DNA from: Azolla caroliniana
Lineage: Eukaryota > Plantae > Polypodiophyta
NCBI GenBank assembly: GCA_043228905.1
Contig: JBHGNT010000011.1
Span: forward strand, 18,228,001-18,292,000
Direction: 5' to 3'
Length of the DNA stretch: 64,000 nt
Made by a program: the position numbers and the translations under genes
Notes under the pieces: model-generated
Databases searched by the model: none
Told to the model about the DNA's origin: nothing
What the model saw: only the letters and a program-made list of their open reading frames with translations
Shown here: piece by piece, positions 29,754-43,491 of the stretch
Numbering within the stretch: the stretch's first letter is position 1
How the letters are laid out: each line of letters opens with the position of its first letter

Positions 29754-32700
29754 TTAGTTAGTGGGTCGTGTAGCACACAACCATTCTCGAGGAACATCAA
29801 TATCATTGCCCCCCATTTGAGGTATATGCCAAGAACCATGTTGGGATTCCTGCACGTATTTCATTGATAAGGAAAGTAGTTATAAGAAGAATGAATATCA
29901 AAGCTTTGAAATACTTTACCTGAATAATAATCGAGTATGGAGGCGGCATGTGAAGCTCTAAGCCTTTAGGCGAGAATGTAAAGTGGACCTATTTATATGA
30001 CAATAATATATCAGAAACTTTTGACAAGAACATTGGGTTACATGCACTTCTTTTGTATTACATTACATTACTAGATATATGCATACACTGCACAGACAAT
30101 ATATACAAGCATACACGTATATACCTGGTGTCTTTCTTTCCATTTGGGAAAGAAATCCGTTCCTAAAAGCTCAAAAATATGATCTCGCATTTCATCATTG
30201 GTCACAAGAAGACATTTGCACTTGACTGCAGCATATAACCAGTACCTGCCAAACATAGCATGTTAACAATTGTTCCACATTCAAAATGAAACTTAAGCAA
30301 ATAAAAATGAAGCCAGTGGAGTATAGCTATACCAATCATCATTGGATCCCTGAGGTGTGAAATACAGTGCCTTTTCCTTCTTCCACTTATTTATCATTGC
30401 TTCATCAGATGCGGATTGGGCTATTCGAGTTGAGTGTCGGTTATGTAGAAGTATCAGTGAGGGACTTTTATTGGAGAATGCCGCTCCTGCTTTATTCATA
30501 ATAGTGGAAAGCTGAAAAAAAAAGGATTGAGATCATCAGGATGTGTGGTTTATTTTCCTATTTTGGAAACCATACAAATCAGCATTGTCGGTAGCATTAT
30601 ATTGAAGTAGCATTCATTGAGTCCCTTAATAAAGAATATTATAATGATCAATTCTACCTGAAATTACATTTCATTATGCAATGCTATTTTAAAAGACTCA
30701 TTTCTCTTGTTATAGCCATCACCGCTGTACCTTGGAAGCTTAGAGAATCTATGGATAATCAACAAATTAAAGTTGTTGAGGAGAGCCAGGTTGTGTCTTC
30801 AATGAATTCCTATTTTGGATATTTTTCCCCTTTCTAGGTTTGGTTCTCCAGTTTTCAGAATCTATTATTTTCTTTAACATGTGTCAATTATCTTTACTTT
30901 GCAATCTTATTTATTTTTTGTTCCTTACAGTTGAAAAAAATCAACAAAAAATTTACATGGGGATTCCTTGAGAAACACACATACCAGTTTAAAACTAAAA
31001 CCCCGAAAGACTTGAGGATTGTATAAACCGATATTTGCACCATCCAAGATTGCCCCATAAGGTCCATTTCTATCCAACCATTTCTGCCAAAGACTGTGTG
31101 GTCAATCTCGGTTAAAGTATCCTTGGTTAACAAAGAACACAACAAAAAAATCCGCCTCGTACTAAAATCATTATTCAAGGTTAACATCAAACCTGAAATT
31201 CTTTAAACTGATTTGGGAGGTGTTCCCGTTCACAAGCAAATTGTGCTATAGTCTCTGCAAACTGTGTGGTTTCTATAGGATCTAAATCGATAGTACATAA
31301 CTTTTCGCCACAAGCCAAGCATAACCCATTTTTGCTTACGTTTGTTCTCATTACTTTCCATTTCCCCTTTCCCACCCAACCCAAACCATGCCAACCCCCA
31401 CCGTTGGCGTCTATAGCTTTTCTAATCACTTCAATCTGCAAGTTGTTGTTCTCTAACTTTCCTACTGAAGACGCATCCTCGCTATTGAACCAAGACTCAA
31501 TAGTTCTCACAGTTGTGGGAGAGAGGTCTCGAAACCTTTTCCGTAGTCTATGTAAAAGACAATATACTTTCTCCTCATGACCAGCTTCTATGCTGACCTT
31601 CAAAAGGTTTTCTAGAATGTTTTCATCAGGAAGGACACTTGCTTCTGCCATATGTTTATCCACCTCAAATGCCTTGTATATCTCACTGTTCTCACAAAAA
31701 CAGATGAGCGCTGGACCATAAGACCTGAGCTTAGGAGCTATACCTTGAGAAACCATCTTCTTCACTATATCAAAGGCCAAATCACCATCCCCCTTGGCAA
31801 CAGCTAATCTAGAGAGGGAAGTGAATATAGCTTCATTCAAGGGTGCTTGAACCTCAAGCATATGCTCATAAATTTCCATCCCCCTTCTGGCTGCTAATTC
31901 CATGTCTTCTGGGCTGAAACTTATTACTTCATTGCTAGTTTTTGATGATTGATTTGATATCATGGACACTGAGTCACTATTCTCTTTTAATCTTATTTCT
32001 TCAGGTTTTTTCTCACTTCCACTCTTTGATCTTGTCAAGGTTCCCGATGCAGCACCAGAGCAAATGTATAATAAACTGCTGTAGAAATTTATATTCAGTT
32101 TTACAATTCCCTCTCTTTTTACTCCATCATATAACTCAAGTGCACCATGAAGATCACCATACTTCGAACATGTGTGAAGCTTTAAAAGGGAAACCATTTC
32201 CTCAGGATTCTTTTTGAATCGTCTTGACACCTTAATATTTCTGATACCTCTAGTATCACATGGCTTTTCAATGCTCTCAGATGTTTCCTTGCTTGTATCT
32301 AACATCCCTATGGTCTCATCATTCTCGTCATGCAATGCATTCAAAATAATGCCATTATGGTTACTAGCTATTTGATCATCCTTGCATAGGTACTTCTGAT
32401 CTTTGTTTACTGCAATATGTTCTTTATTCTCCTTTTTTTGTTCCATCTCCAATCCAAGAACCTTACCTCTTTTCCTGTTGTTCGCTTCCATCAGGATTAG
32501 TTTTAGTGCAGCCTTCTCTTCCTTTACATGAACCTCGACCTTCGTATTTCTTTTTGAACTATCAATGGTTGATGGAATCCCCTCTACAACTGGCTGACTT
32601 AATAACTTACTCTTCTCAACCTCACTACTTTTATGAAAACCAGTCGAGGCCTTACTACAAACCTTGGCACAGGTTGTCTTTCTTGCACTTGGGCTGGTCA

Positions 32701-34105
32701 ATTGAGCATTTTGGAGAAATGTAACCCCAGAGGCATCCATCTCATCATGCGTTTTCATACTAGCCTTCTCTTCCTTTACATGAACCTCAACCTTCATATT
32801 TCTTTTTGAACTATCAATAGTTGATGGAACTCCGTCTACAACTGGCTGCTTTAATAACTTACTCTTCTCAACCTCACTACTTTTATGAAAGTCAGTTGAG
32901 GCCTTCCTACAAACCTTGGCACGGGTTGTCCTTCTTGCACCTGGACTGGTCAATTGAGCATTTTGGAGAAATGTAAGCCCAGAGGCATTCATCTCATCAT
33001 GTGTTGTCATACTAGAATCAATAGGACCTAGAACATCATTAGTTCGAGCCTCCACATGACGTCTTTTCTTTGTTCTTGTACTTGCCAGTTGAGGGCTTTC
33101 AGGCATCCAGAGGCTCGAATCTTCAACCCCTTCTCTCTCATTTTGGACAGAATTCTGATCATCTTGTACAACGGCTACCTTCTTCGGTCGTGAAATTTTC
33201 TGTGCACCTTTGCATTCTAATTCAACACGTTGGAGCATCACACTACTGCATTTATTATCAAGGTTTAGGCTGGAATTCACAAAGTCTTCAATGTCTTTTT
33301 TGTTAACCTTGGTACGGGGTGATTTTCTTGCACCTCTCGCTAATTGAGCACTTTGGAAAATTGGCAACTTTGAAGCATTGCATCCATCATCAGCACATCC
33401 AAGGGACTCTACAAGACCTTGAAAGTTATCATTAGAAACAGTAACATTCGGCTCATTTTTCCTTCCACCTTTGCTCACAAATTGCACATTTTGGAGCGAT
33501 GGCGAACTTGAACCATTAACCTGATCATCTACATCTATACAAAGCTTGGCAGAGTTTAGAGGGCTTTCACTGCTACCATCAGAACTCTTGACATTGAGTT
33601 CCTTTTTCCTCCCATTTTTATTCCTAACTTGCACATTCTGGAGTGAGGAAAAGCTCAAACCCTTGATCCCATCCTCTTCAACTCTACAAACCTTGGAAGG
33701 AGGTGATCTTCTCAAGTGTTTGGCAGAAGGTTGGACAGTTTCACCAGTAGAGGAGCTAATAGAATTCTGGGCATCTTTGTGATCCACCAAAACAGAGCCA
33801 TGATGGTTTTCTTCTTCCTTTCGAAGATTTGAACATTTCGGCCCAGTCTTCGAATCCCGAAGCATTCTGTGTAAAATGCCCTTTGTGGGCATGCAAATTT
33901 CTTGAGGTTTTGCATTTGTACTAAAATACGATGATGCACAGCTTCTTCTATTTTTTCGAGATGAAGACGAAGAATCAAACCTAATCGCACCATATTTTGA
34001 GAAGGGAAAGAAGAATATACCTGAGGCAATGGTGTTCTTTGTATGCTCCAGAAAAGGTGGAGAGCGCCTCATAGCATAGCTCTGTTGAACCCACCATAAA
34101 CCCAT
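29754..34105 (-). CDS. PRORP: Proteinaceous RNase P (PPR + Zn + NYN), about 1158 aa with a long N-terminal extension
   Basis: Exons 34105-31193, 31083-30985, 30511-30333, 30245-30125, 29988-29920 and 29849-29754. Motifs PKLRSYGPAL, NGGGWHGLGW, CLAC, LDGAN, GSNDDWYWLYAA, VTNDEMRDH, MPPPYS, WHIP and WLC. Confidence 0.96.
32510..33014 (-). repeat. In-frame tandem duplication, 2 x 252 bp (84 aa), within PRORP
   Basis: SMTTHDEMNASGLTFLQ...VKEEKA followed by SMKTHDEMDASGVTFLQ...VKEEKA. Confidence 0.95.
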
Positions 34106-35864
34106 TAATGGGATTTTAATATACCAAACAATGCTGTAACCTGATTATTATTAGCACATAGCCGGAATCCATAGCTTTCCTCTGTTAGATTACAGAATAA
34201 CATTCCTATGTTAATCCATAGCGTCCTCTGTTATTATCCATAAATTTCCTGGGTTTTATTCAAAACCATGGTCTAGTGATGGGGGCTTTTCTCTAAAAAA
34301 ACTCCATCTCTCCTCTTCATGGCTCTTCAACTCTCAAATCCTCATGTTGGAACTTCGCCTGGCGATATTCAAATCCGAGCGGCCCTTAATTTTCCTCGAT
34401 CTAAATATCAATCGTTTTCTTATGACATTCAGACATACAAACATACATACTAGATAGAGAGTACAAGTTCAGTTCATCCCAGGAATTTCTCTTCATTCTA
34501 AAATGTTCAAAAAACACACTATGTGATACCCTAGATCTTTTTGGCGTTCATTAAGTGTTCAAATTATCCATTAAGCAGCTTCCTTTCATTTAGATGATAA
34601 AAATCCTTTGCGTTCCGATCTTTGATTTCATTAGGGGACGTTGTGCTAGTGATGCCAAAACATCATATTATACTTATATATGGAATAACCACTAGCTTAA
34701 GAGAAAAATAAAAAGAAGAGGCCATGCCCTTACAAGTGGTGAGCAATCTATGTACATGGAAACAATGGGATTGGTTTGCGGGGTTTATATAGGGTATTTT
34801 TCATTCAATGGAACCCAACTTTATTGAATGAATAGCTTTGTTCACAAAACAAATTCAAGGTCAAAAAGCTCAAAACAAGGCATAGTTAGAAAGCATGAGG
34901 ATTAAAAAGGATAGGACTACTAATGCTATCCCTTTTCTAGATCAACATTTTGATTAATGATAGGTAGGTAGATAGATACTTTGTAGGTATGCTTAATACT
35001 AGACCCAAAATCTTCACCTTCAATCTAGCATCGTAACTTGACATGATTGATCATGTTAACATCTTATCTAGTCTGATTATGTTAATCTACCCTTATCATT
35101 CCTAATCTCTTCACTAGCATGACATGTTCATGGTCGTGACAACTTCAAGTTTTTGAATTTTTTTCCTCTCTTTTAGTTTTCTACATTGAACTAGCAATAT
35201 ATAGAGATTTAGGCGTGAGTTTTTTTAGATTGTAGACATTGATTCAATCAAGCATGCCGAGTCATCACCATATGTTCCATAAAGCCCTAGTAAATATATG
35301 TGACATTGTTTTAATTGATGAGCAAAACCAATAACATCAACCCTAAGTCAATAACGTTCTCCACATAAAATAACTCATACCTTCATCAAAATTATTTCTG
35401 TTTTTCTGGCACAAAAGATAAAACATTGACATTTGGGTGCACATGTTTAGGAAAGATAATGTACATACATGAAGGTCATTGATTTGGCAAAATCATCAAA
35501 ACAGGGTTTTGATGGATTTGGATGGTTGATATATCCAGAGAATGTCCTTGGCAAACCCCCCCTCTATAGTCTGGATCAATTTTATATATCCCTTTTCTCA
35601 ATGTAATGTGCAAGAATCCAATACCTTTCAATCCAGCCTTTGTTGTTTAGGTAGGAAAAACAGGCCAATTGGGAAGAAACTAAATTGTTGAATGAATGAA
35701 ACAAGGTTGGGGCACAAGAGGCAGAAAAGAAGTGACACAAAAGACACTAGAATGGAGAGACACAAAGTATTAATCAAGAAGTCCATTGAGAGTGTTTTCT
35801 TGTCGTCTGCAATGAGAAAAAAAAGGGGGAGATGATCGATGAGCTTCTGACATACATCTCATGA

Positions 35865-36265
35865 GCAAGGAGATCCGGAATGTTGTTAACACAGTCAAAG
35901 CGAAATTCCACTATCGTTTGGAGGAGATCCGGAATGCTAACAAAAAAAATTTAGGGAAATTCTGCTCGTGTTGGAGGAGATCGGAATGGAATGCTAACAG
36001 AAATTAGGGAAATCAGACTCGTGTTTGAGGACATCATCGGAAATGGAATGTTCACAGAAATAGGGAAATTCCCCTTGTGTTGGATTGGAAGAGATCGGAA
36101 TGCTGTCCAAAAATTAGGTATGGAGAAAGTCGGAGATTCATGAGGGGGAGGGGGCGGCAGATCGATCACTTGAACAAGATGAGCGAACCCTAAAGTATCA
36201 AAACCCCCACCAGAAGCAAACATCGATCACTTGAACAAGATGAGCGAACCCTAAAGTATCAACAC
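35865..36265. repeat. Short degenerate repeats: (ggagatc(c)ggaatgct) x4-5 and a roughly 40-bp direct repeat containing AACCCTA
   Basis: Copies near 35869, 35923, 35976 and 36091; atcgatcacttgaacaagatgagcgaaccctaaagtatcaa at about 36161 and 36222. Confidence 0.7.
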
Positions 36266-37979
36266 AGAGCTCTGCAAGAAATTCGATGGCGGAATTTCTT
36301 TGATTCCTCGCTGGCTGGCAGGAGAACCAGAAAAAAAATAGATTCTTTTCCACTGGCGATGGAGGAGAGAGATCGGAATTTGACCAAAAAACAGGGGCGG
36401 GGGAGGAGATTGGGGGGACACGTGCGAGCGGAATCGTCTGATCAATAACGAGGGCGAACCCTAACGATCAAACCCCAGCAAACACATACACACCAACACA
36501 ACCATCTTCGAGAGACAGAGACAGAGAGAGGCTCGGGCATCGGAGTTTCTTTTTTTTATTTCTGACGGTGGGGGGGAAAACCCCGGAGAAACATACCCCC
36601 CCATTTTCGCTGTTTCTTTCTCTCTTGAACATTTGGCAAGGATCTGATCTCTCTCTGTCTCTGTCTCTGTCTCTTCCATGGAAGAAGCAGAGACAGACAG
36701 AAGGTCCTTGCCTATGCATCAACCGGTTTAGGGTTTGTGAGACTAGCACCTCAAGAGATGAAAGACTGCTAGCACATCGCAGAGCTCTCTCTCTCTCTGT
36801 CTGTCTGTCTGGTGGACCTTCCTTATGCCCCTCTCCAGGATGAACACGGTCTCCCATTCTTCCTCTAATTAAACCCTAATTTTGATTTAGGTTATTGGCA
36901 TGTGGGATAAAGAAAACATACATATATATGTCTTGCCTTTTTTAACAAAAATGAGCTTATTACTTTGGCTCACCTCCCAAAAGGATAGTCAATAGAATTG
37001 AAGGATAGTGACCGGGTCAGAATATCATCAGATTAATGACCTTTCCATCCAAAGGATTGCCGATATTTGACCCTTGCTACCTATCGTGCTTATACTAGGT
37101 AAGGATCATATTTATCTCGAGTTTACGAGTAAAAAAGGGAGTTTTGAGATATAACTTTCCTCGATCTGTCACATTAGTATATTCGATTATGGAAACCACT
37201 CCAATGGCCATTGTATGGATAGTTTATATTGACCTTACTCCACCAGCTAAATCAGGATAGTGGAGACGAAGCTTACCTAATAAGCATGGTCTTATCATAA
37301 AGCATTAATCATGGACTCTAATTCAAAATTACACATGAAGCTCCCCAAAGGACCCCCAAAACCCCTTCCTTCTCGACAAAGATCCGTATTAGTTTGGATC
37401 CTTCTTGATATTTTTGCGAAAGAGGGAGTATATCATATTGTTCAAAAATCTAGTTGTATATTGTTGGTATTAGTTGTATTGAATAAGACATAGCTAGAGT
37501 AGTAATATTAATAGTCTAGTCTCATTGTTGGGACTGAAAATTATAGTGGGGGAAATGGTTGACAAGAGAATCAAGGAAGCAAAGGTTAATGACGTTTTTT
37601 AAAACAAACCTCAATGATCATCAATGTTAATCCCATTTATGATATTGATGAACTTTGAAACTAAAACTAATACTCTTTTGTAAAGAAAATTCAATGCCTC
37701 TTTATTTTAGTGTCATCGAGTACACAACTTATCTTGTCATCATTTCTTTTGTTTGTGAGTTTTGTCATTCATTTGGAATTGGCAATCCTAAAAGAAGTAT
37801 TTCTTTTCCCTTTCTATCATCATCGAATTAACATCGATGAATTTTTCTTGCACTTTCATTATGTTGTCGAGCAAATCCGATGAATGTAACCATGGATATC
37901 AAATGAACATAACCTTCTCCTAATTATTATGTTTCACAATAAGAAAATGAAATCTTTAACAAGACTTCATTGCAAAACA

Positions 37980-38310
37980 TTATAATTAAGGGGAAATTTG
38001 CAACCACACCATCTTAAAATTACGCATTAATGTGAAAAAAGTATTAATTTTACTTGAAATAGGTGAAACATAATAATTAAGGGATGTTTTGCAACCAGAC
38101 CATCTTAAAACTACGCATTAATGTGGCGAAGTATTAATTTTACTTGAAACCATGTCTTTCAAAGAAATAATCAAAAGTTGTTTAAGTTAAACATAATAAT
38201 TAATGGGAATTTTGCAACCAAACCGTCTTACAATTACACATTAATGTGAAAAGAAGTATTAATTTTACTTGAAATCATATCTTTTAAAGAAATGATCAAA
38301 AGTTGTTTAG
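37980..38310. repeat. Three-copy AT-rich direct repeat (90-120 bp) downstream of DPH6
   Basis: ataattaa...ttgcaacca...tcttaaaa.tacgcattaatgtg...gtattaattttacttgaaa at about 37982, 38072 and 38195. Confidence 0.8.
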
Positions 38311-38506
38311 AATTTAATTCCAAAAATGTTGGCCAAAACTCTAAAGAGCAGAGCCCTTCGAACTTTTGAGTATGAAATTGAAACAGATTACAAAGGTTTT
38401 CATTGCAATTTATGAATTTTAACTTCCTTGAAATTAATGAAGCAATATACCTACTACCCATGAAGGTACACAATATCCGTCATTGAGAATGTCTTATAGT
38501 GCTACT

Positions 38507-41500
38507 TCAACAAGCAGCTAATAGATCAAGACTTATCAAATCATTGAGATCTGCATCTTTTCCCAAACCAACCACTGGAAGAAACAATGGCTGAAGAGAG
38601 CTGAAAGCTGAGCTCCTTACAGAATTGCAAGATAATGCATCTGGAGAACTTAGAAAATCATCAACCGCATGCTTCCAATCTTCAAATATAGCGCGATAAG
38701 ATATCCTCTCTGCTACAAACATGACTCGTAATGCCTGCATGGAGAAACAGGTAAAAGCAAAATCAATACACAAACAAACGTTTATGTCTAAATTATGTTT
38801 CATCGGATCAAATTAGGTCACACCAAGAAACTCTCATAGTTTGCAACAACAAAGCATGAATGTAGGTATAATCTGCAGAATCATCTGACTGAGACACCTT
38901 GATATGCTTGATAGTTACAAGTCCACCTAGTTTCAAGACTTAGAACTTGCAGAAAATGATAAATCTGATCCTTCAGAACAGAGTAATTGAGTCCAAAAAT
39001 TTATAGCAACGACACCGCAAGCAAGGAGAGAGAAACCAATTCTAGAGTGTAGAGAACTTACCAATGCATTCTCCCAGTTCAAAGAAGCTTCTGAAAGTAG
39101 TTCAGAGAAGGTTTGTAAGCATAACTTCAATTCATCGTGTATGTGTGCCGAAGATTCGTGATCATTGTAGTTGACATGGTCTGTCTTCTTTACAGAAAAG
39201 AAAGCCCTACACAAGTGTCCGGAAACAATTGTGGCCCTACAGGCTTTGTTAGGTAGCATGATTTTGATACTCAATTTACCATTTGCATTTCCTTCACCAT
39301 CATAGCCATCATCATTACCTGGCACATAGACAAAAGGCTCTACCTCAACTGCCGCTCTGCAATTGAATCATGTTTGAGTTTAGCCCGATTCCATGTTCAT
39401 CATGCAAAAACAAAGAGCAAAGAACAAGAAAAAAGAACCAAAATTCAGCAAACATACCCTTTGGGCAGTGCCGGAACATGGACAAACAGAATTGGCAGGT
39501 TTTGCATATCATCATTTCCTTGTGCTAGTGACTTGACCAAAACAACTTCAGCCTCTTGTCTCTCAACTAAGTCTACCGATGATGAACAATATATTATGAG
39601 GCTTATCAAAGAGTGAAGGAGACTTGTTGAGAATGCTTCAACAACTGCTTGACAATTATGAACAGCTTGTTTTGTCTGCAACCCAGCTCCTCCAGAAACA
39701 AGATCCATTGTGGGAGGATCAAGTCCAAGTTGACCTGCCATGAAAAGCATGCCATGTTGAAGTGTAGCCTGCAACATTGTATAGATGTTCACACGGTATG
39801 CCATTATAATGAAAAACCATAAGAACTCAATAAGGTTAGCAATAAACCAAAAACAGAACATTTAATCATCACTATATGATGCATCTGATTTACGTAATCA
39901 ATGGCAAAGAAAGACGAAAAAAAAGTAAAACATTATTTCAGCAATTACAAGACAAAACAGAAAAGCTACTCTTCACTGTATGATCCATATGGTTTACCTT
40001 ATCGTTGATAACAAAGCCAAACAAAAAATAAAACGAGAAAAGTACTTTGGAAAATTAATAAGCAAGTAATTAGAACAGAAAATATAAAACTTATTCTTCA
40101 AATAATGCATAAGTTTATCCAAAGGAAGCAATAAAAAACTGGAAAAAAATATTCCAGCAAGCAATTGACAAACAGAATAGAAAAACTATCATTCACTTTA
40201 TGATGAATATTGTTCACATCATCATCCACAAATAAAGATAACAGAACTAAAAAAGTATTTCAGAGAAATAGTGACGAGAGTAATTAAGAAACAATATAGA
40301 AAAACTATTCTTTACGATGCATATGGTTTAGTTCATCTTTAGCAAAGAAAGGCAAACAAAACTAGTAACATATTTCAGGAAACAAACCTGGCTGTATGGA
40401 CCGATACAACTGGGTGCCCAGCATGAGATGCTCTGAACATGAAGCACTCTCTTATCCAAATTTTTGGCGGCAATAACCTCTACTATAACCCTTCCCATAC
40501 CACTATCGAATAAACCCAAGCCCACAGTGCTTCTAGATGGTACCCCTCTAGCACATTGCTTTTCAGTAATAATTTTCATATATGTCTGATTTATCAGTGG
40601 AAAAGCACTCATCTCATTAATATAAAGGTGGATATACATTACATTCCCCCATCCAATTTCCTCCTTCATAAGTTCATCATTGATCGAAGCTAATATAAAA
40701 CCTAGCTCTTGTTCAATGCCTGTTATTCCCATAAGTGTAAAGAATTAAAATAAACCCAGCCATGTGATTGCAAAAATTAAATAGCTACTATTCAAGTTCA
40801 CCATAAGCATCAGTATATGATCTCCTTTGGCAACTGACTGTAACAAAATCTCCATTTCTCCGTGATGCAGAGCAACATTCTAACTTAAAGTTCTCGTAAT
40901 CCTTGTGAGGGAAATGTGAGTCATAAGTATCAGATTCACTCTGACGCAGCTCTTCAGAATTGACTTCAACTTCGTGAACATGATGTATCTGACCTAGATC
41001 ATCAACAGATTGTCCAATATGTTTGTTTTCCAAGTGAAATTGAGAAGGGTGCAGTACACCGACTGGTGCTATATTATCTGGTGAATGTAGCACTATATCA
41101 AAAGCATCCAATACTATTCTGAAGTTCTGTCAAGAACAGATGACTTGTTAGACAATTTCAATTCAAGAAATATCTTTTTGGATTTTATCACATCATTAGT
41201 GTTTGATATTACCAATAAAGAAATAATCACAATAAAAGTTGGTAATGAGAAACTCAACCGTGATGACATTGGAGAACAAAATAGTAAGGTGGGGAAGATA
41301 AATTATATGATAGCAAAGTAAATACAAATCTACGCATATACAAATGATCGCTTTTGGATATAAGCACAATGTTACCAGTGGCAGCGAGTGGGTAAAAACT
41401 AGATCCCAGAGAGGAAATGGGCTCAGAATCATCGGTGCAACCAATGCCTCCTTGATGATTATACGGAATCTAAATAACAGTATAACAAGCTATAAAGTAC

Positions 41501-43491
41501 TGTAAACCCTAACTTTCCTTCTGCAAACCTTACTACCTCAGGAGACAAGTGTACATATAATACCCAGGTTCCACATTCATATCTTTCAACTGGGATGTGG
41601 TAATCAACCTTAACTCTACACCAACCAAACATACTGCATATTGTTACAGGTTCAAAATAATTTATACCATGGAATGTAATATTTGCATTCTTCTGCTAAA
41701 ACATTCATTTTCATACGTTTGCAAACGAATGCATATATTATGAAAACATACTTATGAAATTTTTTTGGCGTTTTTAATATTTTTCACTTTTTTACCTTAA
41801 AAAAAGTTTTACCTTATAGTGAATAATGAATACAAAAGTATGGTATTTACCATACTCGAATGCGAATGCACATATGGTACGTATGGTTCATACTATGATT
41901 TATACTAGATGAAAGAGTATATATTTGAATCATGCCTTGAATAGAGGACAATCGAGTGTCAGAGTTTCATATTCACCACCTTCACCACACACGTTGATAC
42001 CATATAAACTGCAAAGTTATATAATAAGCAGATGACTAACCACCCCTTACCAGGGACAAATAAACATAAATTATGAATCATTGTCCATATAATGCACAAA
42101 TATATACCTGTTCAAGTGTATTAACTGTGGTTGCATTTCAGCCAATGTTTTGCCAAGATGGGCATGTGGTTTCAGCCCCATAGCAGCTACCTATGATTGT
42201 TGAAAACTAAATATCAACTCCAATAATGACAAAAACTAGCTCACAATAGTAATATGAAAGGCCCTAAAATTCATCGATTAACCTTCACAAGCACAGCTTG
42301 GATCCCACTCGATATCTGTATTTAGAAAAGAAAGGAAACTACCAGAATCAAGTATTGGAATGGCAATCTAATCAAACGTAATAGTTTTGGAGCTTATTTG
42401 TATCCTTATGTTCTTGCAATAGATGGAGATATATTATCACATAGTAATAGTTCATATAGAACAGTAGTTCCAGAAGAAACTAAACATGCAAAGATAATAG
42501 GTTACCAGTTAATCACCATTTTCTGTAGTAAATTATCCTGTTCCTGTTTCCAAAGGAAAGCCAATGACACTAACCCTAACCTTGAACAAACATTCTCAAC
42601 TCTCATTCTCTGATAATCAGATGCAATTGCTCCAGATGACACTGCACCAATGGTTGGAAAATGCTTCTGGACTTCTTTGAGCAAGAGAAACAAATCTTCA
42701 ACTTCATCACCAAATGTTTGCATGTATCTCAGACCTTGTGCTCTGTAAGAAAAAACAGTAATCGGAATGTGAACAAAAAGTTAAATAAGAGACAATCATA
42801 GTATTATATTTTTAATATAAAACGTGTAGACATTAAGCAATACACCACAGATTGTTTTTATACTCTTAACCAAATATCCTAGAAGTTTAGAAAAATATGC
42901 CTCGAAATCCCCCTGATTTGACGTCGAAATAAGGGCAAGCCCATGCATTTAGCATATGCCATGACAATCTGATGCCCAACCTGGTAAATAAGAACGAAAG
43001 TTACGAGCTTCATTTTACAATATTTATTTTGCATTGCTCCTTAATATTGCGGTATTTGAAGTAAAGCATACTGTTTGGTACATAAAGCTGTCAAGCTCAT
43101 CAACTGACTCATCCACAGGATGTAGATTTGCCAGAGCCACTATCTGAAATTGTTAATAATAGAAAATGATGCCTTTGTAAGACCAACAAAATGGTTGAGC
43201 TAATAAATCAGAAAGTTCATAAATACAAACCCAAAGAAAAGAAATATAGTGGTAAGAAAGAATATTATGAATATTGAATAGAAAGACAATTGCAAGCATA
43301 ACAACTAGAATGCTCTGGTAAGGAATTCAGATTTTCCTACTTGACAAACCCACAATCTGGACGAAATTTGTAATGTAAATGCCTATAGTATTGTGGCAAG
43401 GATGGAAAGGAACCTCATGGCCATAGTCTAGGCATCGCATCATGGCATAGCAGCTGTCTTTGCCGCCACTGATCAATGCCACGACTTTCAT
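38507..43491 (-). CDS. DPH6: Diphthine--ammonia ligase with C-terminal YjgF/RidA-like domains, about 711 aa, 12 exons
   Basis: Motifs MKVVALISGGKDSCY, DELDSFMYQTVG, DEVEDL, GAIASDYQR, CGEGGEYETLTLDCPLFK, LHVQSISCWAPSCIGPYSQ and AGQLGLDP. Exons 43491-43414, 43143-43072, 42980-42901, 42742-42517, 42315-42283, 42190-42108, 42008-41936, 41126-40802, 40719-40388, 39768-39458, 39356-39062 and 38734-38507. Confidence 0.96.
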
